In this document: positions 30,746 to 40,597 of the stretch, piece by piece
Layout of the letters: every line of letters starts with the position of its first letter
Position numbering within the stretch: position 1 is the first letter of the stretch
Origin: Candidatus Latescibacterota bacterium
Lineage (GTDB): Bacteria > Latescibacterota > UBA2968 > UBA8231
DNA length: 64,000 nt
Assembly (NCBI GenBank): GCA_965223905.1
Contig: CBDCXV010000010.1
Location: forward strand, 384,001 to 448,000
Direction of reading: 5' to 3'
Notes under the pieces: generated by a model
Database searches by the model: none
Told to the model about the DNA's origin: nothing
The model's input: the letters and a program-made list of their open reading frames with translations, nothing else
Program-made: the position numbers and the translations under genes

Positions 30746-31560
30746 ATGTCTGAAATCGCCGCCTCGGCCAAGGGCCTGCGCCTGAGCCCGGCCCGGATCG
30801 AACAGTTCCACGAGACCGGTTACTTGAAGAACCTGCCCCTGCTCGACCAGGAGGGCATCGCGACGCTGCAGCGGGAGTTCATGGAGCTGGTCGACAGGGT
30901 GCCGGACACGGTCGACATCTACCGCGTGAACAACTGGCACAAGGCGAACCGCTGGTTCTACGAGCTTGGCCGCATCCCCGCCGTTCTCGACTACGTGGAG
31001 GATCTGCTCGGCCCCGACCCCACGACGAATCGACGGTTCCCTGGCACCAGGATGCCAGGTACTGGCCCCTCGAACCGCGGGAAACCGTCACCGTCTGGCT
31101 CGCCGTCTTCGACGCCGATGCGGAAAACGGCTGCATGCGCGTCGTCCCGGGCAGCCATCGCTGGGGCGACCTCGAGCATGTGGATCTGCCGGGACTGAAC
31201 TGGACCACCGGCTCGGCCGAGGAGATGAGGAAGAGCAAGTACGTCCTCTGGAAGCAGGTCGACCTCGAAAGCTTCGACCCTGAGGACGCCGTCGACATCG
31301 ATCTCGCGCCAGGAGAGATCTCGCTTCACGACGACGACCTCATCCACGGCTCCGCGGGCAACCCCTCCTCCCGCATGCGCGCCGGCATCACCCTGCGCTA
31401 TTCCCCGACCCGGGTGAAATGCGATTCAGGGGTGTGGCCGACGTTCGAAGCCTATCCCGCCCGCGGCACCGACCGCTTCGGACACAACCCGGTCGGCAAG
31501 GTGCCCTCGGGGAACGGCTGGCCGACGCAGTTCAACCAGAGCTCGTCCGACTTCGAGTGA
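30746..31560 (+). pseudogene. PhyH family dioxygenase with internal deletion/frameshift near 31018
   Basis: ...VEDLLGPD, then a shifted frame PHDESTVPWHQDARYW...ENGCMRVVPGSH...IHGS. The usual intervening strand before the WHQD loop appears to be missing. Confidence 0.8.
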
Positions 31561-31841
31561 TCGTCCCCGGCTTGTCTCTGTCGGCGGTGTCGGCCGCTCG
31601 GGAACAACCCGGCCGGAAAGGGGAGGAACGGCTGACGGACCGGGTTCAACAAGGGTTCCCGGGGGAAGGGGGGAGCAGTCCTTTCAGCCGAAATCCCCTG
31701 ACCCGAAGCGACTGCTCCCGGAACTCGCTTCAGTCGCGGGGGCCGGAGAACAAGCACTCGACCGGCATCGGGGGGATGGGGCGAAGCGGTCGATTCAAGT
31801 GGTGCTTCCCTGCGGGGAAGCGGCTGTTTTTCGGGGATCTC

Positions 31842-32657
31842 TCAGTCGTCGAGCCCCGTAAACAGGCAGTCGACCGGCATCGGCGGGAAGCTCCCCCTCA
31901 GGCCCCCGAGAGCGAAATGCTCCACAGCCATCATCTGCGGCCTCTTCTCGACCTCGGCGCGCGCGCGCTCCCCGGTGCCGAACTGCGAGGCATGGGCGCA
32001 GATCGCCGCCAGCTTCTGCTCCTCATGGCCGCGGATATCTATGGCGGCCGCGACCGAGTCGCCCGACACCCCGTACAGGTCCGCGTCGACGTCGGCCATC
32101 GCGGCACCTGAATGCTTCTCCTGCGTCTCGCGCAGCGACTCCAGCGGATAGACCGGGTAGTACAGGCGCCCCGGGGCCGGCTGAGCGACGCTGCCGGCCG
32201 ACCAGAAGGCCGCGGCCGCGGCGCGGTGAATGGCGACGTGGTCGGCGTGGGGATAGAGTCCGTGGGGATCGAAGGTGATCATCACCTGCGGCTGCAGTTC
32301 CGCGATGATCGGCAGGAGCTGCCGCTCCAGAGCCACGGTTTCCTGGTTCATCAGCGCCCGCGGGTTGCCGCGCCCGACCTCGACGGGGAACCCGGAGTCG
32401 AAGTGGCCGAGCCAGGTCGGGGGGCTGACCCCCATGACCGCGCAGGCGCCTTCCAGCTCCGCGGCCCGAAATCTTCCCCGTTCCTCCCCCTTGGGGTAGC
32501 GGTCCGGGTCGATCCCGGGGTGGACGATCTCTCCCTCCTCCCCGCGGGTGGCGCATACCAGGTGGACGTCGCGCCCCTCGGAGGCTGCCTTTGACAGGGT
32601 TCCCCCGCAGATGAACGATTCGTCGTCCGGGTGGGCAAACACCGCCAGCAACCTCAT
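31842..32657 (-). CDS. PIG-L / MshB-like deacetylase
   Basis: MRLLAVFAHPDDE, ATRGEEG, YPHADH, AHASQ. Confidence 0.9.
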   Translation of the reverse strand: MRLLAVFAHPDDESFICGGTLSKAASEGRDVHLVCATRGEEGEIVHPGIDPDRYPKGEERGRFRAAELEGACAVMGVSPPTWLGHFDSGFPVEVGRGNPRALMNQETVALERQLLPIIAELQPQVMITFDPHGLYPHADHVAIHRAAAAAFWSAGSVAQPAPGRLYYPVYPLESLRETQEKHSGAAMADVDADLYGVSGDSVAAAIDIRGHEEQKLAAICAHASQFGTGERARAEVEKRPQMMAVEHFALGGLRGSFPPMPVDCLFTGLDD

Positions 32658-32825
32658 TTCCTCTTTCCCTCCCCTGCGGCTCGCATCCTCATCCGGCCGG
32701 TAAATGGCCGGTAGGTGAAAGCGAACCTCTTTCGTATTATTGGCTCGGATGCCGGGCTTCGGGCCGGGCACGGAATATACTGCACCTAGTGTCTCGCACC
32801 GCTTCACACACGGGAGGAATACTCA

Positions 32826-34889
32826 ATGAAGCGACTTCTTCACATCCCGCTGTTCCTCTGCCTCGGCGCTGGCCTGGCCTTCGCCGACAGCCATGAGGGA
32901 GATATCACCGAAATGGAGGAGGTCATCGTCACCGGCTCCAAGCTGCCGCAGACGCCGGGCAACGTGACCCAGAAGATCTCCATCATCACCTCCGACGAGA
33001 TCGGCTCCCTGGTCCAGGGCAACGGCAACCTCGCGGAAATCCTCTCCTACAGCCCGGGCAACTTCGCCAACGTCCTGTCCCGCAACGACGCCAACTGGGG
33101 CTCCTCCGGCGGCCTTGCCCACACCTACAAGGGGTACATGCTCGACGGCCTGCCCATCGACGCCTTCGTCGATCTCCAGAGCCTCGACCCCTGGGCCTTC
33201 GAGCGGGTCGAGGACCAGCGCGGCTCCGCCTCCGTCCTCTACCCGACCTACCTGGCCATGGACTTCGCCGGCAACCAGTCCCCGCTGGCAGGCACCGCCA
33301 ACTTCATCCTCCGGGAACGGGTGAGGAACACCCGCACCAGCGCCTCGGTGTACGGCGGCTCCTACAAGACGATGGGCGGCCGCTTCTTTCACCAGCGCGC
33401 CGCCGGCAACCTGCACCTGTTCTTCGGCGGCCACCACGAGGCCTCCGACTACACCTACTACGGCACCTTCGACGAGGAGGGCAATAGAAACTCCTGGCTG
33501 AACATGCTCGAGGACGATTCCCCGAACTACGAGAAGACCAAGATGTACATGCGGGGAACCTACTTCCTCAACGACAGCGGTCAGCGGGTCTCCCTCTACG
33601 CCCACCGCACCTGGCACACGGGCGACGGCGGCCGCCCGAACCGGGACTTCGGCCACGCCTACACCACCCTGAACGCCGCCTACATCCACCCCGTCTCCGA
33701 GCGGATCACCGCCCGCGCCAAGGTCGGCTACCGCGACTACGTCCGCCGCTGGGAGGAAGACAACTTCGCTCGCGATTCTCTTGGGGTGGTCATCCCCGAA
33801 AGCCTCGCCCTGCGCTCCGAGGACGGCGTCGACCAGTCGGTGATGCCGGCCGATCTCTCCGTCTCCGTCATCACCCGCGAGTCGGACGTGCTCACCGTGG
33901 GCGCCGACTACCAGCTCGCCTCGTACAAGAACACGTCAGAGTCGGGCGTGCTGAACACCAACAACGAGGGCACCGCCACCGGCCTGGGCCTCTACGCCCA
34001 GGAGGAGTTCCGGCTGAACAGCCTCACCCTGCGGGCCGGGGCGCGCTACAGCAGCATCTCCCACGACATCGAGCTGTTGAGTGGCGCTCCTCCGGGAGAA
34101 GAGAGCAACTCCTGGAACAAGCTCCTCTCCAGCGCCGGGGCGCGCTACAACCACAGCGACGAGCTGGCCGTGTACACCAATTTTGGCACCAGCTTCAAGG
34201 CTCCTTCCCAGAAGTCGGTGGGCGGCACCGTCCCCGTGGGTAGCACGGACAGCGGCCACCTGCCCAACCCGGACATCCTGCCGGAGTCGGGCACCAGCAT
34301 CGACCTGGGGGTGAACTACCGGCCCATGGAGGACCTGCAGGTAGGCCTGCGGGGCTTCAACATCGTCATCGACGACCAGATCGTGCAGATAGAGGTAGAA
34401 GGCGCCCCCCAGTCGCAGGACATCAACGCCGGCAACACCGCCACGAACGGCGCCGAGTTGGAGGTCACCCACCGCCTTAGCGAGATGGTGGAGTGGTTCG
34501 CCAACTACACCTACACCAACGCCGAGGTGAAAGAGCACGAGAACGAGGATCTGATCGGCGCCAAGATCAACTTCGTTCCCGAGAGGGTTATCGGCCTCGG
34601 CGTCCACCTGACCCTGGCCAAGGGCCTGCGGGCGACGATCACGGCCCAGTCCTACAGCGGCATCTACTCGGATATCAAGAAGGATGATCCAAACAAGGAC
34701 GATGACGACCCCCTCCCCGGGTACAACCTGGTGAACGCCCGGATCCAGTACGGCGTCAGCACCCGGGACGGGTACGATCTGACCCTCTTTCTCGAGCCGT
34801 ACAACCTCACCAACCAGACCTTCGAGATGCCGTGGGGATTTCAGGATCCCGGCTTCTCGACCAACGGCGGCCTGATGGTCAGCTTCTAG
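32826..34889 (+). CDS. TonB-dependent outer-membrane receptor
   Basis: Signal peptide, EEVIVTG TonB box, plug motif ERVEDQRGSASVLY, PESG motif, C-terminal Phe. Confidence 0.9.
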   Translation: MKRLLHIPLFLCLGAGLAFADSHEGDITEMEEVIVTGSKLPQTPGNVTQKISIITSDEIGSLVQGNGNLAEILSYSPGNFANVLSRNDANWGSSGGLAHTYKGYMLDGLPIDAFVDLQSLDPWAFERVEDQRGSASVLYPTYLAMDFAGNQSPLAGTANFILRERVRNTRTSASVYGGSYKTMGGRFFHQRAAGNLHLFFGGHHEASDYTYYGTFDEEGNRNSWLNMLEDDSPNYEKTKMYMRGTYFLNDSGQRVSLYAHRTWHTGDGGRPNRDFGHAYTTLNAAYIHPVSERITARAKVGYRDYVRRWEEDNFARDSLGVVIPESLALRSEDGVDQSVMPADLSVSVITRESDVLTVGADYQLASYKNTSESGVLNTNNEGTATGLGLYAQEEFRLNSLTLRAGARYSSISHDIELLSGAPPGEESNSWNKLLSSAGARYNHSDELAVYTNFGTSFKAPSQKSVGGTVPVGSTDSGHLPNPDILPESGTSIDLGVNYRPMEDLQVGLRGFNIVIDDQIVQIEVEGAPQSQDINAGNTATNGAELEVTHRLSEMVEWFANYTYTNAEVKEHENEDLIGAKINFVPERVIGLGVHLTLAKGLRATITAQSYSGIYSDIKKDDPNKDDDDPLPGYNLVNARIQYGVSTRDGYDLTLFLEPYNLTNQTFEMPWGFQDPGFSTNGGLMVSF

Positions 34890-34893
34890 GTTC

Positions 34894-35994
34894 ATGTCCG
34901 CCGAGGTTTGCGGCCCCGCGGCGCCCTCCCGACCGGGAGCGGCCGCCGCGGGGCGTTTGTTTCTCCTCCTCCTCCTGCTTCTTCTACCGCTCTCCCTCCT
35001 CCTCCCGGGCGGCCCTGCGGCCGCCGAAGGGGTGGCGGTCACTGATTTCCGCGGCAAGCGCATCGAGCTCGAGAAGCCGGCCGAGCGCATCATCTGCCTC
35101 CTCGAGAGCGCCCTCAGCGGGCTCTACATGCTCGGGGCCGAGGACCGCCTCGTCGGCATCTCCACCAACGTCTACCAGGGGAGCGTCTTCCCGTACTACG
35201 CGGCGATGGACGAGCGCATGCGCGAGCGCACCCTGGCGACGCCGGGCAACTGGGACTTCGTCAATATCGAGAGCATGGTGGCCCTGCAACCGGACCTGGT
35301 GATCGTCTGGTCGGGCCAGGAGGAGTCGATTGCCGCCCTCGAGGAGAAGGGGATCCCCGTCTTCGGGGTCTTCATCGAGCGCTTCGAGGATATCCACCGG
35401 GAGATCGCCGCCCTCGGCGAGCTGACCGGCACCCGGGAGCGGGCCGACGAGCTCCTCGCCATCGCCCGGGAGGAGCTGGAGGCGGTGCAGCGCAGGGTCG
35501 CCCCCCTCGAAGGAGAAGGGCCATCCGCCCTGCCGCGCGTCTACTTCATGTGGGCCCAGGGACCGCTGGGGACGGCCGGCCGCAACAGCACCGTGCAGGA
35601 GCTGATCGAGCTGGCCGGCGGGACCAACGTGGCGGCCGGCAGCGACCTGGAAGCCCTGGTGGTCAACCTCGAGAACGTCCTCGTCTGGAACCCGGAGCTG
35701 ATCGTCATGTGGTGCAACGACCGGCTCGACACCGGGGACCTGGGAGAGATGTCAGGATGGCGCACGGTCGCCGCGGTGCGCAACGGGCGGGTGCACGAGC
35801 TTCCCGATCCGTTCTCCTGCGACTTCTGGACCCTGAAGTACATCTTCACCGTCGATCTCGTCGCCCGCTGGTGCCATCCCGACCGGTTCCCGGAAGATGA
35901 CGCCGAGGTCCTGCGGGCCGACCTGCTGAACAAGCTGTACGGGGGGCGCCTGGGAGAGTTGCCGCCCCTGCCCTCGGGACCGGACCGCGGCTGA
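34894..35994 (+). CDS. Fe-siderophore/cobalamin-type ABC substrate-binding protein
   Basis: VTDFRGKRIEL..PAERII, NIESMVALQPDLVI, AGGTNV, AVRNGRVH. Confidence 0.88.
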   Translation: MSAEVCGPAAPSRPGAAAAGRLFLLLLLLLLPLSLLLPGGPAAAEGVAVTDFRGKRIELEKPAERIICLLESALSGLYMLGAEDRLVGISTNVYQGSVFPYYAAMDERMRERTLATPGNWDFVNIESMVALQPDLVIVWSGQEESIAALEEKGIPVFGVFIERFEDIHREIAALGELTGTRERADELLAIAREELEAVQRRVAPLEGEGPSALPRVYFMWAQGPLGTAGRNSTVQELIELAGGTNVAAGSDLEALVVNLENVLVWNPELIVMWCNDRLDTGDLGEMSGWRTVAAVRNGRVHELPDPFSCDFWTLKYIFTVDLVARWCHPDRFPEDDAEVLRADLLNKLYGGRLGELPPLPSGPDRG

Positions 35995-36106
35995 GCCCGC
36001 GTCCCTGGTCTCCGGCGTTTCCACCATGGTTGGTTTTTTCTGCCTTTCCTCCATTTTCTCCCATGCTATGCTTCCTGGCTGGTCCCAGTGACAGAGGAGG
36101 ACATAC

Positions 36107-36379
36107 ATGAGCCTGAACATCAAGAACAAGGAGGTCGAGCAGCTGATCGTTGAGGTCACACGGCTCACGGGAGAGAGCAAGACCGAGGCAGTGCGCCGAT
36201 CCCTGGAGGAGCGACGGGCCCGGCTCGCATATCAAGGCGCCGGCAGTGATCGTGGAAAACGGTTGCGCCGATTTCTGGAGACGGAAGTCTGGCCCGATGT
36301 GCCACCGCAGGAGCTGGGCAGAAAGCTGAGTCGGGATGAAGAGGAAGACATCCTGGGCTACGGCAAAGAAGGCGCATGA
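36107..36379 (+). CDS. vapB: VapB antitoxin (Rv0623-like)
   Basis: MSLNIKNKEVEQL...LTGESKTEAVRRSL...EEEDILGY; RBS gaggagg. Confidence 0.88.
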   Translation: MSLNIKNKEVEQLIVEVTRLTGESKTEAVRRSLEERRARLAYQGAGSDRGKRLRRFLETEVWPDVPPQELGRKLSRDEEEDILGYGKEGA

Positions 36380-36760
36380 TTCTCGATTCCTCCCGGTCGT
36401 CGCCATCCTGCTTCAAGAGCCCGAGCACGAAACCCTATCATCAAAGCTCGTCTCGGCCCCAGCCTCGGTATCGGAACTCCAACGCTTCTTGAAACCGCAA
36501 TCGTGTTGTCGGCTCGCCTTGAACGCAACACCCAGGGACTCCTCGCCAACTTCATACAAGAGACCGAAACCGTCGTAATCCCGTTCACCCAGGCCCACTA
36601 CTCCGCGGCCCATCAGGCCTGGCTGAACTATGGTAAAGGACGCCATCCCGCCGCACTCAACTTCGGGGATTGCGCCGCCTACGCTACCGCCCTGCTCGCA
36701 CGCGAGCCCCTGCTCTGCACGGGAGGCGACTTCGCGAAGACCGACCTTTGGCTCGCCTGA
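36376..36760 (+). pseudogene. vapC: VapC PIN toxin with two frameshifts (near 36394 and 36465)
   Basis: MILDSS / VVAILLQEPE / GIGTPTLLETAIV...YGKGRHPAALNFGDC..Y...GGDFAKTD; ATGA overlap with vapB. Confidence 0.85.
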
Positions 36761-37250
36761 GTTCAGGATCGGCGGTCTCCTTTTTCCAGCTCGCTCCATC
36801 TCCGGCCGAGCGCAGGCAATGCCGGCTTGTCGGGACCGGAAGCGCAGCTTCGGACTTCGGGACCGTACTAAGTCTGCACGGCGACCGACTATTTCACAGA
36901 CATGTAGCAGGACACAACCCCACGGCCGGAAGCTGGCGCGACAGGGAATCGCCGGTCCCTTCCGCGGGAAACGACAGTTTCCCCAGGCAAGTGGGATCCG
37001 CTTCCCGCTGGGCTATAGGGCTGCCTGCTGAACTATGAGTAGTGGGAGTTTGCCCGGAGGCACTGGGCTGATTCCTGCACCGGCGCCCGCGCTTCCGCGC
37101 TAATGCCGAAATGCGCGCGAAAGCACCAGGTTCGATCGAGTCCGCGGCGGAAGGTGGGGATGCCGATCAGGGAGAGGGGTTGGGGGGCCGGAACCGGGCC
37201 TTGGAACCCGCCCGGCCCCACAACGGACAGCTGCTGCTGAAGGAAGGCTC

Positions 37251-37484
37251 CTAGGGAGCGTACGGATCCTCCGCATCGAGGATCTTCTGCAGCGTCTCCT
37301 TGTCGCCGAAGCGCTGTATCTCGTCCTCGTAGCCCTGCGTCTCGGTGCGGATCTGCAGGACGTGCCAGACGATCCACAGGGCCATTCCGACAACGAACAG
37401 CAGGACTTCCGCACCGACGAAGGGGTACAGGGGGCCGATCTCCGAGATGTTGCCCCCCCAGCTTTCGATGTTTCCCGTAGTCAT
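37251..37484 (-). CDS. Small single-TM membrane protein downstream of amt
   Basis: RBS aggaga; IGPLYPFVGAEVLLFVVGMALWIVWHV hydrophobic segment; co-oriented with amt. Confidence 0.75.
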   Translation of the reverse strand: MTTGNIESWGGNISEIGPLYPFVGAEVLLFVVGMALWIVWHVLQIRTETQGYEDEIQRFGDKETLQKILDAEDPYAP

Positions 37485-37558
37485 GACTTTCTCCTGTATT
37501 CCTGCCTAAGGCTGCTATGCTCTGATCTCCACGCCCCGCAAGGAACGTGGGTGAATCA

Positions 37559-38926
37559 TCAGACCTTGCCGAGCTCCTCGCGCTCGGCGTCGATGATGCC
37601 CTGCTCCTCCTGCGCCCGGTCGTGCGCGGTGCTGTAGTCGAGACCGGCCAGCTCGACTTCCCGCGGAATGCGGAGCCCGCCCAGGGCGTTGATGATCTTG
37701 GCGGCGATCCACCCCGGGATGAAGCCCAACACCGCGAACATGATCACGGCGCCGGCGATCTGACCCAACGGATTGATGGACGCGTAATCCCCGTTGGGGG
37801 AAGAGGGATAGCCCCAGAGCACGAATCCGCAGATGACGACACCGAAGAAGCCGGCGTAGCCGTGCACCGCCACCGCGCCAACCGCGTCGTCGACCTTGAA
37901 CCGGCTTTCCACCCAGTAGTGCATCTTGTACATGAACAGGACGCCGAGGGCGGCGATGATCATCGCCTGGATCGGATGGTACAGGTCGTTGCCTGCCGAG
38001 GCGGCGATGATGCCGGCCAGGCCGGAGGAATAGGTCCAGTAGGCGTCCCCTCTGGAAATGACGTACCCGGCGAGGAGTCCTCCGGACAGGGCCATGAGGA
38101 AGTTCACGGTGATCGCCGACAAGGTCGTGGGAGCGAGGTAGATGTTGGTGGCGGAGTAGAAAGTTCCGTCGCCGCTCTGCACGTCCCACATCGGCACGTT
38201 GCAGGCCACGTAGAACCCCCAGAACCCGGTGTAGATCAGGAACAGTCCGATGGTCACCAGCCAGGGGTTGCGGGGATTCAGGCTCCTCGGGGAGCCGTCC
38301 GGGGCGAACTTGCCGATGCGCGGACCGAGAACCACCAGGACCCCGAGAGCGAAACCGCCCGCAATGGCGTGGATCACCCCGGAGGCATAGGCGTCGTGAT
38401 AGCCGAGCAGCTGCACCATCCATCCTTCGGCGTGCCAGCCCCAGGCCGCGTCGATGACCCAGAACACCGATCCGATCAGGATCGCCAGGATCCAGAAGGC
38501 CGAGGAGCGGATGCGTTCGATGACCGAACCCGAGACGATGGAGGCGGCCGTCCACGAGAACAGGAGAAAGGCCGCCCAGAAGACGCCGTTGAGGCGCGCC
38601 CAACCGTCAGGGTCGCCGGCGCCCCCCATGTGGGGACCCATGAGCTGGCTCCAGGCTACTGCGTGAGGCGCCTCGACGAGGCCGCCGGTAAAGCCGGGTC
38701 CGTTGGGGAAGGCGAAATAGATCCACCAGCCGAAGAAGAAGAAGGTGATGGTGACCAGCGGTATCAGCATCGTGTTCTTCATCAGGGTGTGCATGTGGTT
38801 CTTGTGCCGTGAGACCCCGACTTCGTACATGCAGAAGCCCACGTGGATGAAGAACATGAGCACGACCGTAATCCAGTAGTAGAACTCGGTGAAAATGACA
38901 CTGAGGGAACTCAACTCGGTGGTCAT
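37559..38926 (-). CDS. amt: Ammonium transporter (Amt family, divergent)
   Basis: GFCMYEVG, IVSGSVIER, VIHAIAG, LGPRIGKF, VDDAVGAVAVHG, ELAGLD. Confidence 0.9.
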   Translation of the reverse strand: MTTELSSLSVIFTEFYYWITVVLMFFIHVGFCMYEVGVSRHKNHMHTLMKNTMLIPLVTITFFFFGWWIYFAFPNGPGFTGGLVEAPHAVAWSQLMGPHMGGAGDPDGWARLNGVFWAAFLLFSWTAASIVSGSVIERIRSSAFWILAILIGSVFWVIDAAWGWHAEGWMVQLLGYHDAYASGVIHAIAGGFALGVLVVLGPRIGKFAPDGSPRSLNPRNPWLVTIGLFLIYTGFWGFYVACNVPMWDVQSGDGTFYSATNIYLAPTTLSAITVNFLMALSGGLLAGYVISRGDAYWTYSSGLAGIIAASAGNDLYHPIQAMIIAALGVLFMYKMHYWVESRFKVDDAVGAVAVHGYAGFFGVVICGFVLWGYPSSPNGDYASINPLGQIAGAVIMFAVLGFIPGWIAAKIINALGGLRIPREVELAGLDYSTAHDRAQEEQGIIDAEREELGKV

Positions 38927-39213
38927 CTCTCTCCTCCCTTTTGGCTTTGTGCAGCTGCGGATGACGTGCTAAAAAACGGCCCGGCAGGTTGCCGGATCAA
39001 GGAAAATTTCCGGCCGTTCCGCCGCGGTTGCGGAGGCCCCGGACAGGCCACCGCGCCCCCGTCGAATTCCCGCCCTGTTCATCCGGCGCGGATAATTGGT
39101 AGACTTCCGGGGCCTCCCGGGGCAGTTCCGGTTTCGCGGCCTCCCTCCTCGCGCGCTCGAAACCTGCGCCCCCTCGTCGGAGGAGGTCATTCCCGATACG
39201 CAAGGTCTGGTTC

Positions 39214-40296
39214 ATGCGGGTCCTCTTCATCACCCAGTACGGCGCGTCGTCGGCGAGCAGCCGGACGCGGGTCTTCCAGTACCTCCCCTACCTGCACCGC
39301 TGCGGCGTCGAGACGCGGGTGATCACAGTCGTTCCCGACGGCGGGACCGCGGGGTCGGGACTGCTTGCGACGGAGAGGCCCTGGCGCAAGATCCTCTATT
39401 ACATGGGCACCTGGCTGCGCTCCCTGCTGTGCGGGCTTCAAGCCTGGCTATCGAGTCTCGACTGCGACCTGCTGTTCGTGCAGAAAGTCATCTTCCCCTG
39501 GCCTGTGCGGGTTTTGTTCCGGCTGCGGCGGCCCCGGGTGCTGTTCGATTTCGACGACGCCATCTTCACCACCGAGATCCGCGGCCGGCACTGGACCGCG
39601 GCCTGGAAGGAGCGCAGGAACCGCCGCGGCCTGCCGGCGATGCTGAGGCTGGCGGAGGGGGCGGTCGTCGAGAACGACTACACCGGCGCCTACGCCGCCC
39701 GCTACTGCCAGGTCACCAGGATCACTGGACCGGTAGACACCGAGGCCATCCGTCCCCCCTCGCGGGGGCGGCGCACCGGGGAGACCGTCGTCGTGGGGTG
39801 GATGGGAAGCTCCTCCTCCGCACAGTACCTCGACCTTCTGCGCCCCCCCCTTGCGAGGCTCGGAAAGCGCTGCCCGGGGATAAGGCTCCGCCTGGTCGGG
39901 GTGACGTCCTGGTCCTGTGCGGGGGTTACCGTGGAGGCGAGGGAGTGGAGGCTCGACGAGGAGAGCGGCGACCTGGCGGGGTTCGACATCGGAATCATGC
40001 CGCTGACCGAGGACCCCTGGACCCTCGGGAAGGGAGGCTACAAGCTGCTCCAGTACATGGCTAGCGGGCTGCCCGTCGTCGCCAGCCCCGTCGGGATCAA
40101 CAGGGAAATCGTGGTGGACGGGGTCAGCGGTTTTCTCGCCGGCACGGATGCGGAGTGGGAGGAGAAGCTGTTCCAGCTGGTCGTCGATCCGGAGCTGGGG
40201 GCCCGGATGGGCCGGATGGGAAGGGAACGGGTCGAGGCCGAGTACTCCCTCGCCAGCCAGCAGGAGAGGTTCCTCGAGCTGCTCCGGGGTCAGTGA
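39214..40296 (+). CDS. Glycosyltransferase family 4
   Basis: ASSRTRVFQY, FDFDDAIF, DIGIMPL, YKLLQYMASGLPVVASPVG. Confidence 0.9.
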   Translation: MRVLFITQYGASSASSRTRVFQYLPYLHRCGVETRVITVVPDGGTAGSGLLATERPWRKILYYMGTWLRSLLCGLQAWLSSLDCDLLFVQKVIFPWPVRVLFRLRRPRVLFDFDDAIFTTEIRGRHWTAAWKERRNRRGLPAMLRLAEGAVVENDYTGAYAARYCQVTRITGPVDTEAIRPPSRGRRTGETVVVGWMGSSSSAQYLDLLRPPLARLGKRCPGIRLRLVGVTSWSCAGVTVEAREWRLDEESGDLAGFDIGIMPLTEDPWTLGKGGYKLLQYMASGLPVVASPVGINREIVVDGVSGFLAGTDAEWEEKLFQLVVDPELGARMGRMGRERVEAEYSLASQQERFLELLRGQ

Positions 40297-40484
40297 GCTT
40301 ACCCACGCCCCGCCCCAACAAGCGCGGCCGCTTGAAAACAGCCGGCGGATCCTCCGGAAGGTAGACCGCGGCTCCGGTTGGCCGCATCTCCTCCCTCCGT
40401 CCTACCGGGGCCGGGATTCAGCTGCAGACAGGCAGGCTTTTTCGAAGCCAGACGTAAAGCCGGGGGGCCAGGACCACCGGGCAG

Positions 40485-40523
40485 AAAAAAGCCCCCGGCG
40501 GCACGTACCGACCACCGGGGGCT
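40485..40523 (-). terminator. Rho-independent terminator of the spondin lipoprotein gene
   Basis: agcccccggtgg...ccgccgggggct hairpin followed by a T run on the minus strand. Confidence 0.8.
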
Positions 40524-40597
40524 ATCTGCTGTTAAGTCAGCGGTGACTTGGCGAAACCGACCTCCTGTACCAGGCGGCCGATCCTCAAACGCCAGCC

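Noticed and set aside
31560-31840. Alternative hairpins here, and short motifs (tcgaccgcttc) shared with 44530-44950
   Set aside because: The matches are short in GC-rich DNA between convergent genes; insufficient to define a REP or ncRNA family.
32660-32825. Cobalamin or Moco riboswitch before the TonB receptor
   Set aside because: The region is short and no B12-box or Moco consensus was seen.
40330-40448. Possible second MITE (gcttgaaaacagcc / ggctttttcgaagc)
   Set aside because: The inverted repeats need gaps to align and no target duplication is evident.
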